A stretch of DNA of 34,822 nucleotides. It comes from Desulfobacterales bacterium. GTDB taxonomy: Bacteria; Desulfobacterota; Desulfobacteria; Desulfobacterales; UBA11574. How positions within the stretch are numbered: position 1 is the stretch's first letter; each line of letters opens with the position of its first letter. The stretch is taken from positions 1-34,822 of the forward strand of contig JAAXQD010000116.1 in assembly GCA_012974475.1 (NCBI GenBank). The letters run 5' to 3'. The position numbers were made by a program, and so were the translations under genes. The notes beneath the pieces are model-generated. The model searched no databases and was not told the origin of the DNA. It saw only the letters and a program-made list of their open reading frames with translations. Shown here piece after piece: positions 17,551 to 26,928 of this stretch.

Positions 17551-18339
17551 ATGGGAGTTGATGCCATCATCGGTTTGATCGAGACCTTGCGGGGGGAAAA
17601 CGGTTGCCCATGGGACCGGAAGCAGACGCCCCGGACCATTGTGGCGTATCTGCTGGAGGAGGTATACGAGCTCATCGATGCCGTTGAATCCGGAAGTCAT
17701 GCAGACGTTTGCGAGGAACTCGGAGATGTATTGTTTCACATATTGTTTCTCGTCAGTCTTTACCGGGAAATGGGCCGTTTCGATATCCAAGACGTCTGTG
17801 ATATCAATCTGAAGAAAATGACTCTCCGTCACCCCCATGTTTTCGGGGATGAAAGGGTTGACAGCGCAGATGAAGTGAGAGCGCGCTGGCAGAAAATCAA
17901 GATGAAAGAAAAACCTCTTGCCCCGGTGGCTTCGATTCTGGATTCGGTCCCTTCGAATCTTCCCGCCTTGATGCGGGCCTATAGAATTTCCGATCGTGCA
18001 GCTAAAACAGGATTCGACTGGGATGATATTTCCGGTGTGATGCAAAAGGTCGAAGAGGAGTGGGCTGAATTGAAAACAGCGTTGAGCAGACAGGATGGAA
18101 CGTCGCAACAACAAAATAATTTGGCACTCGAATTTGGAGATGTTCTTTTTACGCTGGTCAATGTGGCCCGGTTTGCTCGTATTCATCCCGAATTCGCTTT
18201 AAGAGATTCTACGAAGAAGTTTGAAAACCGGTTTAAGTATATGGAAAAGCAGATTGAAAAAAGTGGAAAAGACATTGGATCTGTCTTACAGGAGAAGATG
18301 GACGCATTGTGGGAGGCGGCCAAGGCCAAAATCGGCTGA
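17551..18339 (+). CDS. mazG: Nucleoside triphosphate pyrophosphohydrolase MazG
   Basis: GCPWDRKQTPRTIVAYLLEEVYELIDA and a second EEWAELK...EFGDVLF repeat, giving tandem MazG domains. SD GGAGG lies 9 nt before ATG 17551. Confidence 0.9.
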   Translation: MGVDAIIGLIETLRGENGCPWDRKQTPRTIVAYLLEEVYELIDAVESGSHADVCEELGDVLFHILFLVSLYREMGRFDIQDVCDINLKKMTLRHPHVFGDERVDSADEVRARWQKIKMKEKPLAPVASILDSVPSNLPALMRAYRISDRAAKTGFDWDDISGVMQKVEEEWAELKTALSRQDGTSQQQNNLALEFGDVLFTLVNVARFARIHPEFALRDSTKKFENRFKYMEKQIEKSGKDIGSVLQEKMDALWEAAKAKIG

Positions 18340-18372
18340 CCCGGATATCTCATGAAATAAAAGGATGCGGTA

Positions 18373-19419
18373 ATGAACAAGAAAAAAATCCGAATTGGAA
18401 TTGTATTCTTGCTGGTAGCGGGACTGATTGCCGGGAGTGTGTATCGCCTTAGACGGCGTGAAAATGCGCCGATAAACGCCTTGAGGCTCTATGGGAACGT
18501 GGATATCCGCCAGAGCCGGCTGGCCTTCTACGACATCGGGCGTATTGAACGACTGCTCGTCCAGGAGGGAGATGCGGTTGAGCCGGGGCAGCTGGTGGCT
18601 GAAATGGATTCTGTCCGCTATGAGATGGCTGTAAAAGAGGCTGAAGGGAATGCGAATGCCCAGAAACAGGTGCTGGCTCGTATGCTTGCCGGCTCGAGGC
18701 CCCAGGATATCAAAAGGGCCAGAGAGCGGGTCAAGGCTGCTGAAGCAATGTTACAGGTTGCCCAAGTTACCTATGAGCGGATAAAAAAACTTGTGAAAGG
18801 GAAATATGTTCCCCAGCAGCAACTGGACGACGCCACCGCAAAACTCAAGACGGCCCAGTCCGATCTCAAGGCTGCCGAAGAAGACCTGATGCTTGCCGTC
18901 ATCGGTCCCAGGAAAGAGGATATAGCGGTTGTCGAGGCCCACTTGAAGGGATATCAGGCGACCCTGGCCCTCGCCCGTCAAAAGCTTGCGGATACCAATC
19001 TCTACGCCCCGTCGGCCGGGGTGATACAGGACCGTATTATGGAGCCCGGCGACATGGCGTCGCCCACGACCCCCGTATTTACCATGGCTCTTGACAGACC
19101 CATGTGGGTCCGTGCCTATGTGCCCGAGCCGAGCCTGGGAAAGATCATCCCCGGAATGAAGGCGGAGATTACCACGGACAGCTTTCCCGGAAAGATCTAT
19201 AAGGGATGGATCGGTTATATCTCACCCACCGCCGAGTTTACCCCGAAAAACGTCGAAACTGCCGAACTCCGGACCCGCTTGGTCTATCAGATCCGGGTCT
19301 ATGTGTGCAATCCCGACAATGAGCTACGTCTGGGAATGCCGGCGACGGTAACCCTCCGGTTCGATGCATCGGGCCCGGACAAGAACCCGCCGGGTTCCTC
19401 TGTCTGTCGGGATGATTGA
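18373..19419 (+). CDS. HlyD-family periplasmic adaptor (YbhG-like)
   Basis: N-terminal TM anchor, a lipoyl-like GDAVEPGQLVAEMD motif, a long coiled-coil segment and a C-terminal beta-barrel (FPGKIYKGWIGYISPTAEFTPKNV). SD AAGGA precedes the start. Confidence 0.85.
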   Translation: MNKKKIRIGIVFLLVAGLIAGSVYRLRRRENAPINALRLYGNVDIRQSRLAFYDIGRIERLLVQEGDAVEPGQLVAEMDSVRYEMAVKEAEGNANAQKQVLARMLAGSRPQDIKRARERVKAAEAMLQVAQVTYERIKKLVKGKYVPQQQLDDATAKLKTAQSDLKAAEEDLMLAVIGPRKEDIAVVEAHLKGYQATLALARQKLADTNLYAPSAGVIQDRIMEPGDMASPTTPVFTMALDRPMWVRAYVPEPSLGKIIPGMKAEITTDSFPGKIYKGWIGYISPTAEFTPKNVETAELRTRLVYQIRVYVCNPDNELRLGMPATVTLRFDASGPDKNPPGSSVCRDD

Positions 19420-21217
19420 TATGATCCGGGAACAAACGCACGGGGCGAAGAAGCCGGAATATGTGCTGCGCATCGAGGGAATTGAAAAGCATTTTCTGGC
19501 CGGCAAGCAGCGGATAATCGCCCTGAAAGGTGTCAGCGCCAAGGTTAGGCGCGGCGTGGTTACCGGTCTTATCGGTCCGGACGGCGCTGGAAAGACCACC
19601 CTTATGCGGATGATCGCAGGGCTTCTGGTGCCTGACAGCGGCGAAATTTCCGTTCTGGGCATGGATGTTGTCCGGGATCCCCTCAAGGTTCAGGCTTCTA
19701 TCGGATACATGCCCCAGCGCTTTGGACTTTATGAGGACCTCACGGTCAAGGAGAACATGGATCTCTACGCCGATCTCCAGGGTGTTCCCAAGGACCATCG
19801 TTCCAAGCGTTATGAAGAACTCATGAAAATGACCGGACTTGCCGCCTTTACCGGAAGGCTTGCCGGAAAGCTCTCGGGCGGCATGAAACAGAAATTGGGC
19901 CTTGCCTGCACCCTTGTAAAACCTCCCGAACTCCTTCTCCTCGATGAAGGCACTGTGGGGGTCGACCCGGTATCCAGACGTGAACTCTGGACCATTGTCT
20001 ACAGACTGGTTCAGCAGGAAGGGATCAGCGTACTCCTGAGCACGGCCTATCTGGATGAGGCCGAAAGATGCCAAGAGGTCATCCTGATGCACGAAGGGCA
20101 TTTTCTGGGCCAGGATGCACCGTCTAAATTCAGTGGACAGCTCAACAAGCAGACATTCATGCTGAGTCCTGAAGGTGAGAGCCGGCGCCGGCTTCAAGAG
20201 CGTATCCGCGCAATGCCGGGGGTGATCGACGCCATTATCCTGGGTAACAAGGTCCGGCTGGTCATCGATCACCCCCTTGAGACCGATCAAGTGGCAAAAC
20301 GCTTTGGCGTCGGGTCAGAATCGTCTGTCCAGGCGGTCCCTGCACGGTTTGAAGATGTCTTTATCGCCCTGCTCAAACAACGAACCGGGGGTGATGAAAA
20401 AATTGCGCATCTCGAGATGGAAAAAACCTCCCATGCCCCACCCAAAGTCTCGGGCAAAGATATCATCGTGGTGGAGAAGGTAAAGCGTCGTTTCGGGGAC
20501 TTCTACGCGGTTAAAGGGATAAGCTTTACGGTGAAGCAAGGTGAGATTTTCGGGCTTCTCGGTGCCAACGGCGCGGGGAAATCCACCACCTTCCGTATGC
20601 TTTGCGGCCTGCTTCCCGCATCCGGTGGTAAACTTAGCGTGGCCGGTAAAAACCTGCGGGTTTCGGCGGCCCAGGCCCGGGCCCGGATCGGCTATATGGC
20701 CCAGAAGTTTTCTCTGTATGTCGGGTTGACGGTAGGGCAGAACTTGCGGTTTATCAGCAGTGCTTATGGTCTGGGAGGCAGACGTCAGAAGGAGCGGATC
20801 GCGTGGGCCCTGGATTCTTTTGAACTCGCCAAGATGGCGGATACCCCAAGCAGAGATCTGCCGCTGGGCTACAAGCAGCGGCTTGCCCTTGCAGCGGCCC
20901 TTATGCACGAACCGGAGATTCTGTTTCTGGACGAACCCACCTCCGGAGTGGATCCTCTTGCCCGTAGGGAGTTTTGGCGCCGCATCAACAGTCTGGCAGA
21001 GTCCAATGTCACCATAATGGTGACCACACATTTCATGGAAGAGGCAGAGTATTGTGACCGGCTGGTCATTATGGCCCAGGGAGAGATACTGGGGCAGGGG
21101 ACCCCTGAAGAGGTAAAAGCCCGGGTTCGAACCCCCCGGAACCCTGATCCCAGCATGGAGGACACCTTCATCGCCATGATCGAAGATTATGAGGAAAAGG
21201 AAGGGGCGCGGACATGA
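19412..21217 (+). CDS. ABC transporter ATP-binding protein with two fused ATPase domains (YbhF-like)
   Basis: Two Walker A motifs (GPDGAGKTT, GANGAGKST), two signatures (LSGGMKQK, LPLGYKQR) and two Walker B motifs (LLLLDEGT, ILFLDEPT). The start is ambiguous between 19412, 19421 and the track's 19364. Confidence 0.9.
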   Translation: MIDMIREQTHGAKKPEYVLRIEGIEKHFLAGKQRIIALKGVSAKVRRGVVTGLIGPDGAGKTTLMRMIAGLLVPDSGEISVLGMDVVRDPLKVQASIGYMPQRFGLYEDLTVKENMDLYADLQGVPKDHRSKRYEELMKMTGLAAFTGRLAGKLSGGMKQKLGLACTLVKPPELLLLDEGTVGVDPVSRRELWTIVYRLVQQEGISVLLSTAYLDEAERCQEVILMHEGHFLGQDAPSKFSGQLNKQTFMLSPEGESRRRLQERIRAMPGVIDAIILGNKVRLVIDHPLETDQVAKRFGVGSESSVQAVPARFEDVFIALLKQRTGGDEKIAHLEMEKTSHAPPKVSGKDIIVVEKVKRRFGDFYAVKGISFTVKQGEIFGLLGANGAGKSTTFRMLCGLLPASGGKLSVAGKNLRVSAAQARARIGYMAQKFSLYVGLTVGQNLRFISSAYGLGGRRQKERIAWALDSFELAKMADTPSRDLPLGYKQRLALAAALMHEPEILFLDEPTSGVDPLARREFWRRINSLAESNVTIMVTTHFMEEAEYCDRLVIMAQGEILGQGTPEEVKARVRTPRNPDPSMEDTFIAMIEDYEEKEGART

Positions 21218-22362
21218 ACGTCCAAAAACAGCGCGGTGTTCGTAAAGGCATAAATATCATGCGGCTTAAAGGGTTGATCCGTAAGGAAAGCTATCAGATC
21301 GTAAGGGACCCTTCCAGTATCGCCATCGCCTTTGTGCTTCCCATGATACTGCTTTTTCTCTTTGGGTACGGCGTGTCCCTTGACGCCAATTATGTTCCCA
21401 TCGCAATAGTTGTGGAACATCAGAGCCATGAGACCTCGGATTTTTTGGCCGGATTCCGGCAGTCCAGATACTTTGTTCCGGTCATCGTGACGGACATACA
21501 GGCGGCTGAACAGGCCATGATCGAGGGGAGCGTGGACGGGATCGTCTGGCTCCGGGAAAATTTCGGGAAAAAAAGACTCGGCACGGGCGATGCGCCCATC
21601 GGGGTCTTCGTAAACGGCGTGGATGCCAACCGGGCCAGGATCATAGAGGGCTATGTCAGAGGGGTCTGGATCAAATGGCTCGAGCGGACATCCATTGAAA
21701 GCGGCAGGCCTCTCCATATCCCTGTCGAGGTGAAGGCGCAGATATGGTTCAATGCCCAGATGCGCAGCAGGAACTTTCTGGTCCCCGGGCTGATCGCAGT
21801 GATAATGACCCTTATCGGCGCACTCCTGACGGCAATGGTGGTGGCCAGGGAGTGGGAGCGGGGCACCATGGAGGCCCTTATGGTCACTCCGGTCCAGGTG
21901 CGTGAGATCATATTGGGCAAGATCATTCCCTATTTCATCATGGGGATGGGGGGAATGACCCTGTCTGTGATCATGGCCACGTGGTTTTTCCATGTACCTT
22001 TGAGAGGCTCTTTATGGGTTCTTTTCGCAGGATCTTCGCTCTTTCTGGTGACGGCCCTTTCCATGGGCCTTCTGATATCGGTTGTGGCAAAAACCCAGTT
22101 CGTGGCCGGACAGGTCGCCATCATCGTCACATTTTTGCCAGCCTTTATTCTATCGGGTTTCATCTTCGACATAAGTTCCATGCCGCCGATAATCCAGACC
22201 ATGACCCACGTCATTGCAGCGCGCTATTTCGTCAGTATGTTACAGACGGTCTTTCTGGCAGGGGATGTATGGCCGATAATTATCTATGACGGTCTGGCCC
22301 TTACGGCCATGGCCCTGCTTTTTCTTATGATCGTAAAAAAGCGCATGAAAAAACGCCTATAA
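21214..22362 (+). CDS. ABC-2 family permease (YbhS-like)
   Basis: An ATGA start/stop overlap couples it to the ATPase gene. One N-terminal TM, a large periplasmic loop, then 5 TM helices, which is the ABC-2 topology. Confidence 0.85.
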   Translation: MNVQKQRGVRKGINIMRLKGLIRKESYQIVRDPSSIAIAFVLPMILLFLFGYGVSLDANYVPIAIVVEHQSHETSDFLAGFRQSRYFVPVIVTDIQAAEQAMIEGSVDGIVWLRENFGKKRLGTGDAPIGVFVNGVDANRARIIEGYVRGVWIKWLERTSIESGRPLHIPVEVKAQIWFNAQMRSRNFLVPGLIAVIMTLIGALLTAMVVAREWERGTMEALMVTPVQVREIILGKIIPYFIMGMGGMTLSVIMATWFFHVPLRGSLWVLFAGSSLFLVTALSMGLLISVVAKTQFVAGQVAIIVTFLPAFILSGFIFDISSMPPIIQTMTHVIAARYFVSMLQTVFLAGDVWPIIIYDGLALTAMALLFLMIVKKRMKKRL

Positions 22363-22375
22363 TTGGGAAAAACAG

Positions 22376-23485
22376 ATGCTTCGTCGAATAATCGCCCTGA
22401 TGGTCAAGGAATTTCTGGCCCTCCTTACCGATAAAAAAAGCAGAATGGTTGTCATTGTACCGCCGGTGGTCCAGCTCCTTATTTTCGGCTACGCTGCCAG
22501 TTTCAACCTGGACCATGTTCCCTATGCTGTCTACAACGAGGACTCTGGGCGTGCCTCCAGGGACCTTTTGGCGAAGATCCAGGGTTCTCCCAATTTTTCC
22601 TTAAAGACCGTGATCCGGAGCGACAACGAGATTGCGCCCCTTATCGACACCCAAAAAGTACGCGTGGTGGTACATGTGGAGTCAAAGTTTTCAGAAAATC
22701 TGCTCCACCAGCGGCCGGCGGAAGTACAAGTCATCGTGGACGGACGCAATTCAAACACGGCAATGGTGGTGTTGAATTACATGAACAGCATTGTCACAGA
22801 TTTCAACCAGCAATGGGCGATCAGACACGGTCATTCGCCTCCCCCGGCCAGACTGTACGTCAGATTCTGGTTCAATTCCGCTCTGGATTCCCACTGGTTT
22901 GTCATCCCGGGCATTGTCGCCCTCCTGACCCTTGTTGTGACCATGCTGGTGACGGCGTTGTCCGTGGCCAGAGAGCGGGAGGCCGGCACCTTTGACCAAC
23001 TGCTCGTGACCCCCATGACGCCCCTTGAAATTCTTATTGCAAAGGCCCTGCCGGGCTTTATCATCGGCACTATCGAAGCGACATTTATTATTCTGGTTGT
23101 GGTGTTCTGGTTTCACGTGCCCATGAGGGGAAGCGTCGCCGCCCTATATCTGGGACTTTTTATGTTCCTTCTTTCCGCGGTGGGCACGGGACTCATGATA
23201 TCCTCCCTTGCCGTTACCCAGCAGCAGGGGCTCCTCGGGGCCTTCCTGTTCCTGGTTCCGACCATCATCCTTTCAGGTTTTGCAACGCCCATCGCCAATA
23301 TGCCGCCGGTGGTTCAGGTCCTCACTTACATAAATCCCATGCGCTACTTTCTCATCATCGTTCGTTCGGTTTTTCTTGAAGGGGCCTCCTTCGATCTGCT
23401 GTGGCCCCAGTACTGGCCCATGGCGGTCATGGGGATCGTAACCCTTGCTACCGCAGGATGGCTGTTCCGTCGGCGGATGTACTGA
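22376..23485 (+). CDS. ABC-2 family permease (YbhR-like)
   Basis: Paralogous topology to the preceding gene, with a shared EREAGTFDQLLVTP / EWERGTMEALMVTP motif. It starts 13 nt after the upstream stop. Confidence 0.85.
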   Translation: MLRRIIALMVKEFLALLTDKKSRMVVIVPPVVQLLIFGYAASFNLDHVPYAVYNEDSGRASRDLLAKIQGSPNFSLKTVIRSDNEIAPLIDTQKVRVVVHVESKFSENLLHQRPAEVQVIVDGRNSNTAMVVLNYMNSIVTDFNQQWAIRHGHSPPPARLYVRFWFNSALDSHWFVIPGIVALLTLVVTMLVTALSVAREREAGTFDQLLVTPMTPLEILIAKALPGFIIGTIEATFIILVVVFWFHVPMRGSVAALYLGLFMFLLSAVGTGLMISSLAVTQQQGLLGAFLFLVPTIILSGFATPIANMPPVVQVLTYINPMRYFLIIVRSVFLEGASFDLLWPQYWPMAVMGIVTLATAGWLFRRRMY

Positions 23486-23532
23486 TGAAATCGGTCTTCC
23501 CTTTGAAATGCCTTCTATTCAACAGATCGTCG

Positions 23533-24504
23533 TTATTTTTCTTTTACTTTTTTAATTTCGTCGATGTTGGCTTTAAGACTGTCGATCTGGGTGTCGGACA
23601 GTAAAAAAGGATAATCATTTTCCGAAGACACGGCCGGATACGTTTTTTCATCCTTGTTTTCTTTGGCAAATATGGAAAGGGAATGTTCCCTGGGTCCTTG
23701 CAGTGTAACGGCATAGACGGGGTCTTTAAAAACGTCTTTTTTAGAATCGTCTATATATGCTTCGCATTCCAGGCGATTCAGAAAACCGAGGAGACGTCCC
23801 ACCTTGACGGCATCCACTTTTTTACCGTTGGTATCCACCCATGCGGTTTGAGGTTCAGAACTTTTACCGGTTTTGGCGGCTGCATCCTTTTTTTTCCCGT
23901 TGGCTTCAACCACCTGTTTCAGGTCGAGGGCCACGGTCTTTTTATTCCGGGCAATTTTTATTTCCCGGAGATCTTTTTGCACAAATGACAGTACGGTTCT
24001 GTCCCGGAGATCTTCGACGGTGGGATCGAAATTTTGTCTGAAATCTCCCCTGGCATGATATACATTGGGATCTTTCGCCAGTTTGACAAATGTATGCTGA
24101 TAGGTTGCGGCCGCTTTGCCGATATCGAACTCTCTGATCAGGGACTCGCCCTGCCAGGCTCTGACGTGGATTTTTTTATCCGGATTTAAATCGTACCGGA
24201 CATAGTTTTTGGATTCCGATACCAGCGCCGTCACCTTCAAGTTTTCAATAACGTTAAGGATGTCTTCAATTTTATCTGAATCGGCAGGATATTCTTTCGG
24301 CCCGATATTCCAGATGTTGTCTTTTTTATTCAAAACAACGGTTCCGGCGGCTTTTTTGAACTCTATTTTTGAGATGTGTTTGCCGGGAATGGAAGAAATC
24401 TTCGGAAGGGTATAGTGGGTCCGGTTTGAACGGTGCAATGCAAGGTATAGGATCAAGGCGACCATGACGGCCGTTAGTATGAGATATTCTTTTTTTAGTT
24501 TCAT
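23533..24504 (-). CDS. DUF4340-like protein (GldG-associated, single N-terminal TM)
   Basis: SD AAAGAGG lies 6 nt before ATG 24504. It has an N-terminal TM helix (LILTAVMVALILYLAL) and a soluble Lys/Asp-rich body. The family call rests on size, topology and position after gldG, not on a recognised motif. Confidence 0.55.
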   Translation of the reverse strand: MKLKKEYLILTAVMVALILYLALHRSNRTHYTLPKISSIPGKHISKIEFKKAAGTVVLNKKDNIWNIGPKEYPADSDKIEDILNVIENLKVTALVSESKNYVRYDLNPDKKIHVRAWQGESLIREFDIGKAAATYQHTFVKLAKDPNVYHARGDFRQNFDPTVEDLRDRTVLSFVQKDLREIKIARNKKTVALDLKQVVEANGKKKDAAAKTGKSSEPQTAWVDTNGKKVDAVKVGRLLGFLNRLECEAYIDDSKKDVFKDPVYAVTLQGPREHSLSIFAKENKDEKTYPAVSSENDYPFLLSDTQIDSLKANIDEIKKVKEK

Positions 24505-24528
24505 ATTAGCCTCTTTCAATGCGTTCAC

Positions 24529-24637
24529 GGGTTCAAGGGTTTTCGGTCCGAGGTTGAGAAAGATTGCATAATAGGTTTAACCTCGAACCCTTGGATCCTT
24601 GCCCCCTTGATTCATCAAATCCTTGAACCCTTTGGGA
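24529..24637. repeat. Nested inverted repeats of the CTTGAACCC family in the gldG-DUF4340 spacer
   Basis: Outer stem GGGTTCAAGG (24529-24538) pairs with CCTTGAACCC (24621-24630). Inner stem CGAGGTT (24549-24555) pairs with AACCTCG (24579-24585). Confidence 0.5.
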
Positions 24638-24716
24638 TCACACCGGCTCAATCGGAGATGACACACTTATTTTACCCTAATTAACTATCACTAATCGGGA
24701 GATGATTCACCTTTCT

Positions 24717-26918
24717 TTATTTCTGAAACATCGACTGAATCCGCTTTTTTCTGGAATGGCGCTTCAGCCAAACGATGAGGCCTAAAAAGACCACCAGCAC
24801 CGGAAGTCCGGCAATGTTAAAGGTTTTGACAAAGGTTTTTGTCACCGTTCCGGCATCCATCAGGGGATTGAAACTGAGCACCTTGCTTCGCATCACGGCA
24901 ATATTTTCCCGATGGTTCAGGGCATCGATGGTGTTCAGAACGAACATGTCGTTGGGGCTGTTCCCTTCAGGATTCAGAACATTGTCTTTGAGCATGTCCG
25001 ACGAGGCCATCAGGAAAATTTTGGCGGCCGTGCCTTTGGATATAAAACCACCCTGACCTTTGATTTTCGACAGGTCGGCCGTTGCCTTCTCAGTCTTCGG
25101 TTCGGGGGTGCTTTCTTTATTGTCCCGAGTTTCTGTGGCGGTATCTTCGGTTGTTTTTTCAGGCATCGGTTTTCCGTCAAAATAACTGGGGAACGACCCT
25201 TCAAGAATGTAGGCCAACGGAAAACTCTGCTGTTCATCATCCGGGGATGGCGGACTGAGGAACATGGGGTTGAGATTGATGGGTTGGCGCATTTCCCAGG
25301 ATTTTTCTGAAGATGCAATCAGCTTGACCGCCGTTAGCGCATGTTCTGAAATTCGTGCTTCGTCCAGTTCCAAGGGCGATATTTTGACTGAAATCAGTCC
25401 GTTGATGCCGCGCATATATTTAAGGTCATGGTTGATGAACCTGTTTTTGATAATGGGGGCAAAATATATGGGCCGTTCACCCCCGCCCATGCTTTGGGGA
25501 AGCCGTTGCTTGTGACAGTTTTCATCGAGGACATACGATTTTTTTATGCGGATGCCGTAATGTGCCAGTAATTTTTCAAGACCGGTATCCAGCGGTTCAT
25601 AATTCGGTCCCCGGTTCATTCCAAAAGGCTGCTGGGCGTTGGGCCTGACTTCTTTGAAAGCATCCAGAAAGAGTGCCAGGCTGGTTCCTTTCATCAATGC
25701 CTGATCGATCTGGTAGAGTTCGAAATCTGAAAAATTTTCCGTGGGTCGCGCGATGACCAGGCAGTTGACGCTTGGGGGAATGTCGGCGTCTTTTAAATTA
25801 ATGGGTTTGATGCTGTATGTCTGTGACACCAGACTTGAAAAAACGGATAACGCGTTCGGATTTCGCTGCCCCATGGGTGAAGCCCCCGAAATATCGAGAG
25901 TGCCGTGATCCGAAAGGTATCCGAGAGTCTGGTTGATATCCACCAGCGTCTTTATATTGTCGTCGATGAGGTGTTCCATGTCATCAAGGTCGGCCAGATT
26001 ATACTGGGTCCCGATGATGGGAAGCTTGAGAACACTTAACAGCGGTATCTCCCTGATTTTCTCCCCGTATTCCATTACCAGGCCGATGGTTCCTTCTCCG
26101 GCCTGAATATTACCGTCGGACAGGGCCGGCCATTCAAGGTGCATCAGGTTATATTTCTTCCAGGACGGTTCCTGTGTCGATTTTGTTGAAGGGTCGATAT
26201 AGGCATATTCCAGCTTTCCGTAGTTTTTGGCATTAAGGCGGTCGACGATTACTTTCAATTTGTCAGGGTATTCGGGAAGTTGGTCAAGGCCCATAAACGG
26301 TGCAACAGATTTCAAAGAGGAAGAAAGGAACAGCTTGACCTTAATTGTGTCGGGCAGACTCAACAGGGCGCTGATTTTGTTGTTCAGTGTCTGGATGGCC
26401 GTGGTCAGTTTGTACTCGATTCCGTTGATGGCGGTAATGGTGGGAATCTTCTCCACCATATCTCCGTGAATCAACACCAGGCCCATATAGGCCTTTTTGA
26501 ATTTTACCTCATCTTCTTCAAAAACCTGGATTTGAACCGGGTGGATGCCGTAGTTGTTGGCCAGTTTCTGATTCTCCAGTGCCCGCGGGTCGATCCCTTC
26601 TGCCTCCGGGCTGACGTCATAAAACCGGTAATTGAAATACGCGTTGGCGTGGATGGCATATTCTTCAAGCAGATCGTGCAGATATCGCTCCGTATTATTG
26701 TACGGAGCCGGCAGATCTTTGGTGAAAAACACATTGATGGTCAAAGGTTCGGAAAGTGTGGAAACCACCGTTTTGCTGGCTTCGGATATGGAATAGATTC
26801 TGTTTTCGGTAAGATCCATCCTGAAAAAGAGGGTCATGCCCGCCACATTGATGAGGACGATAATGACCAGATAGATGGACAATTTCATATATTTTGCATA
26901 GGGGTTCTGCATGCTCAT
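24717..26918 (-). CDS. GldG-like ABC transporter auxiliary component
   Basis: SD AAGGAG lies 7 nt before ATG 26918. N-terminal TM then RMDLTENRIYSISEASKTVVSTLSEPLTINVFFTKDLP, the GldG/ABC_transp_aux signature. It has a large periplasmic body and a C-terminal TM anchor. Confidence 0.8.
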   Translation of the reverse strand: MSMQNPYAKYMKLSIYLVIIVLINVAGMTLFFRMDLTENRIYSISEASKTVVSTLSEPLTINVFFTKDLPAPYNNTERYLHDLLEEYAIHANAYFNYRFYDVSPEAEGIDPRALENQKLANNYGIHPVQIQVFEEDEVKFKKAYMGLVLIHGDMVEKIPTITAINGIEYKLTTAIQTLNNKISALLSLPDTIKVKLFLSSSLKSVAPFMGLDQLPEYPDKLKVIVDRLNAKNYGKLEYAYIDPSTKSTQEPSWKKYNLMHLEWPALSDGNIQAGEGTIGLVMEYGEKIREIPLLSVLKLPIIGTQYNLADLDDMEHLIDDNIKTLVDINQTLGYLSDHGTLDISGASPMGQRNPNALSVFSSLVSQTYSIKPINLKDADIPPSVNCLVIARPTENFSDFELYQIDQALMKGTSLALFLDAFKEVRPNAQQPFGMNRGPNYEPLDTGLEKLLAHYGIRIKKSYVLDENCHKQRLPQSMGGGERPIYFAPIIKNRFINHDLKYMRGINGLISVKISPLELDEARISEHALTAVKLIASSEKSWEMRQPINLNPMFLSPPSPDDEQQSFPLAYILEGSFPSYFDGKPMPEKTTEDTATETRDNKESTPEPKTEKATADLSKIKGQGGFISKGTAAKIFLMASSDMLKDNVLNPEGNSPNDMFVLNTIDALNHRENIAVMRSKVLSFNPLMDAGTVTKTFVKTFNIAGLPVLVVFLGLIVWLKRHSRKKRIQSMFQK

Positions 26919-26928
26919 CTTGTGCTCC

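Noticed and set aside
17515-18186. 223-aa ORF antisense to mazG. The same situation applies to 26280..26948 opposite gldG, 30555..31121 opposite the kinase, 9937..10521 and 10325..10804 opposite nnr, and 8540..8968 opposite lysC.
   Set aside because: Each overlaps a gene with clear family motifs on the other strand. None shows a recognisable motif or an SD.
17551-18339. mazG, considered as part of a mazEF toxin-antitoxin locus.
   Set aside because: No mazE- or mazF-like small genes are adjacent. This is the housekeeping NTP pyrophosphohydrolase.
19238-21993. Very long antisense ORFs: 19238..20290 (350 aa), 20315..21031 (238 aa) and 21187..21993 (268 aa).
   Set aside because: They lie opposite well-supported ABC ATPase and permease genes. 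Their translations are Arg/Gly/Pro/His-rich and low-complexity. They fall in the GC-richest part of the window, where stop codons are depleted on the antisense strand. They are shadow ORFs.
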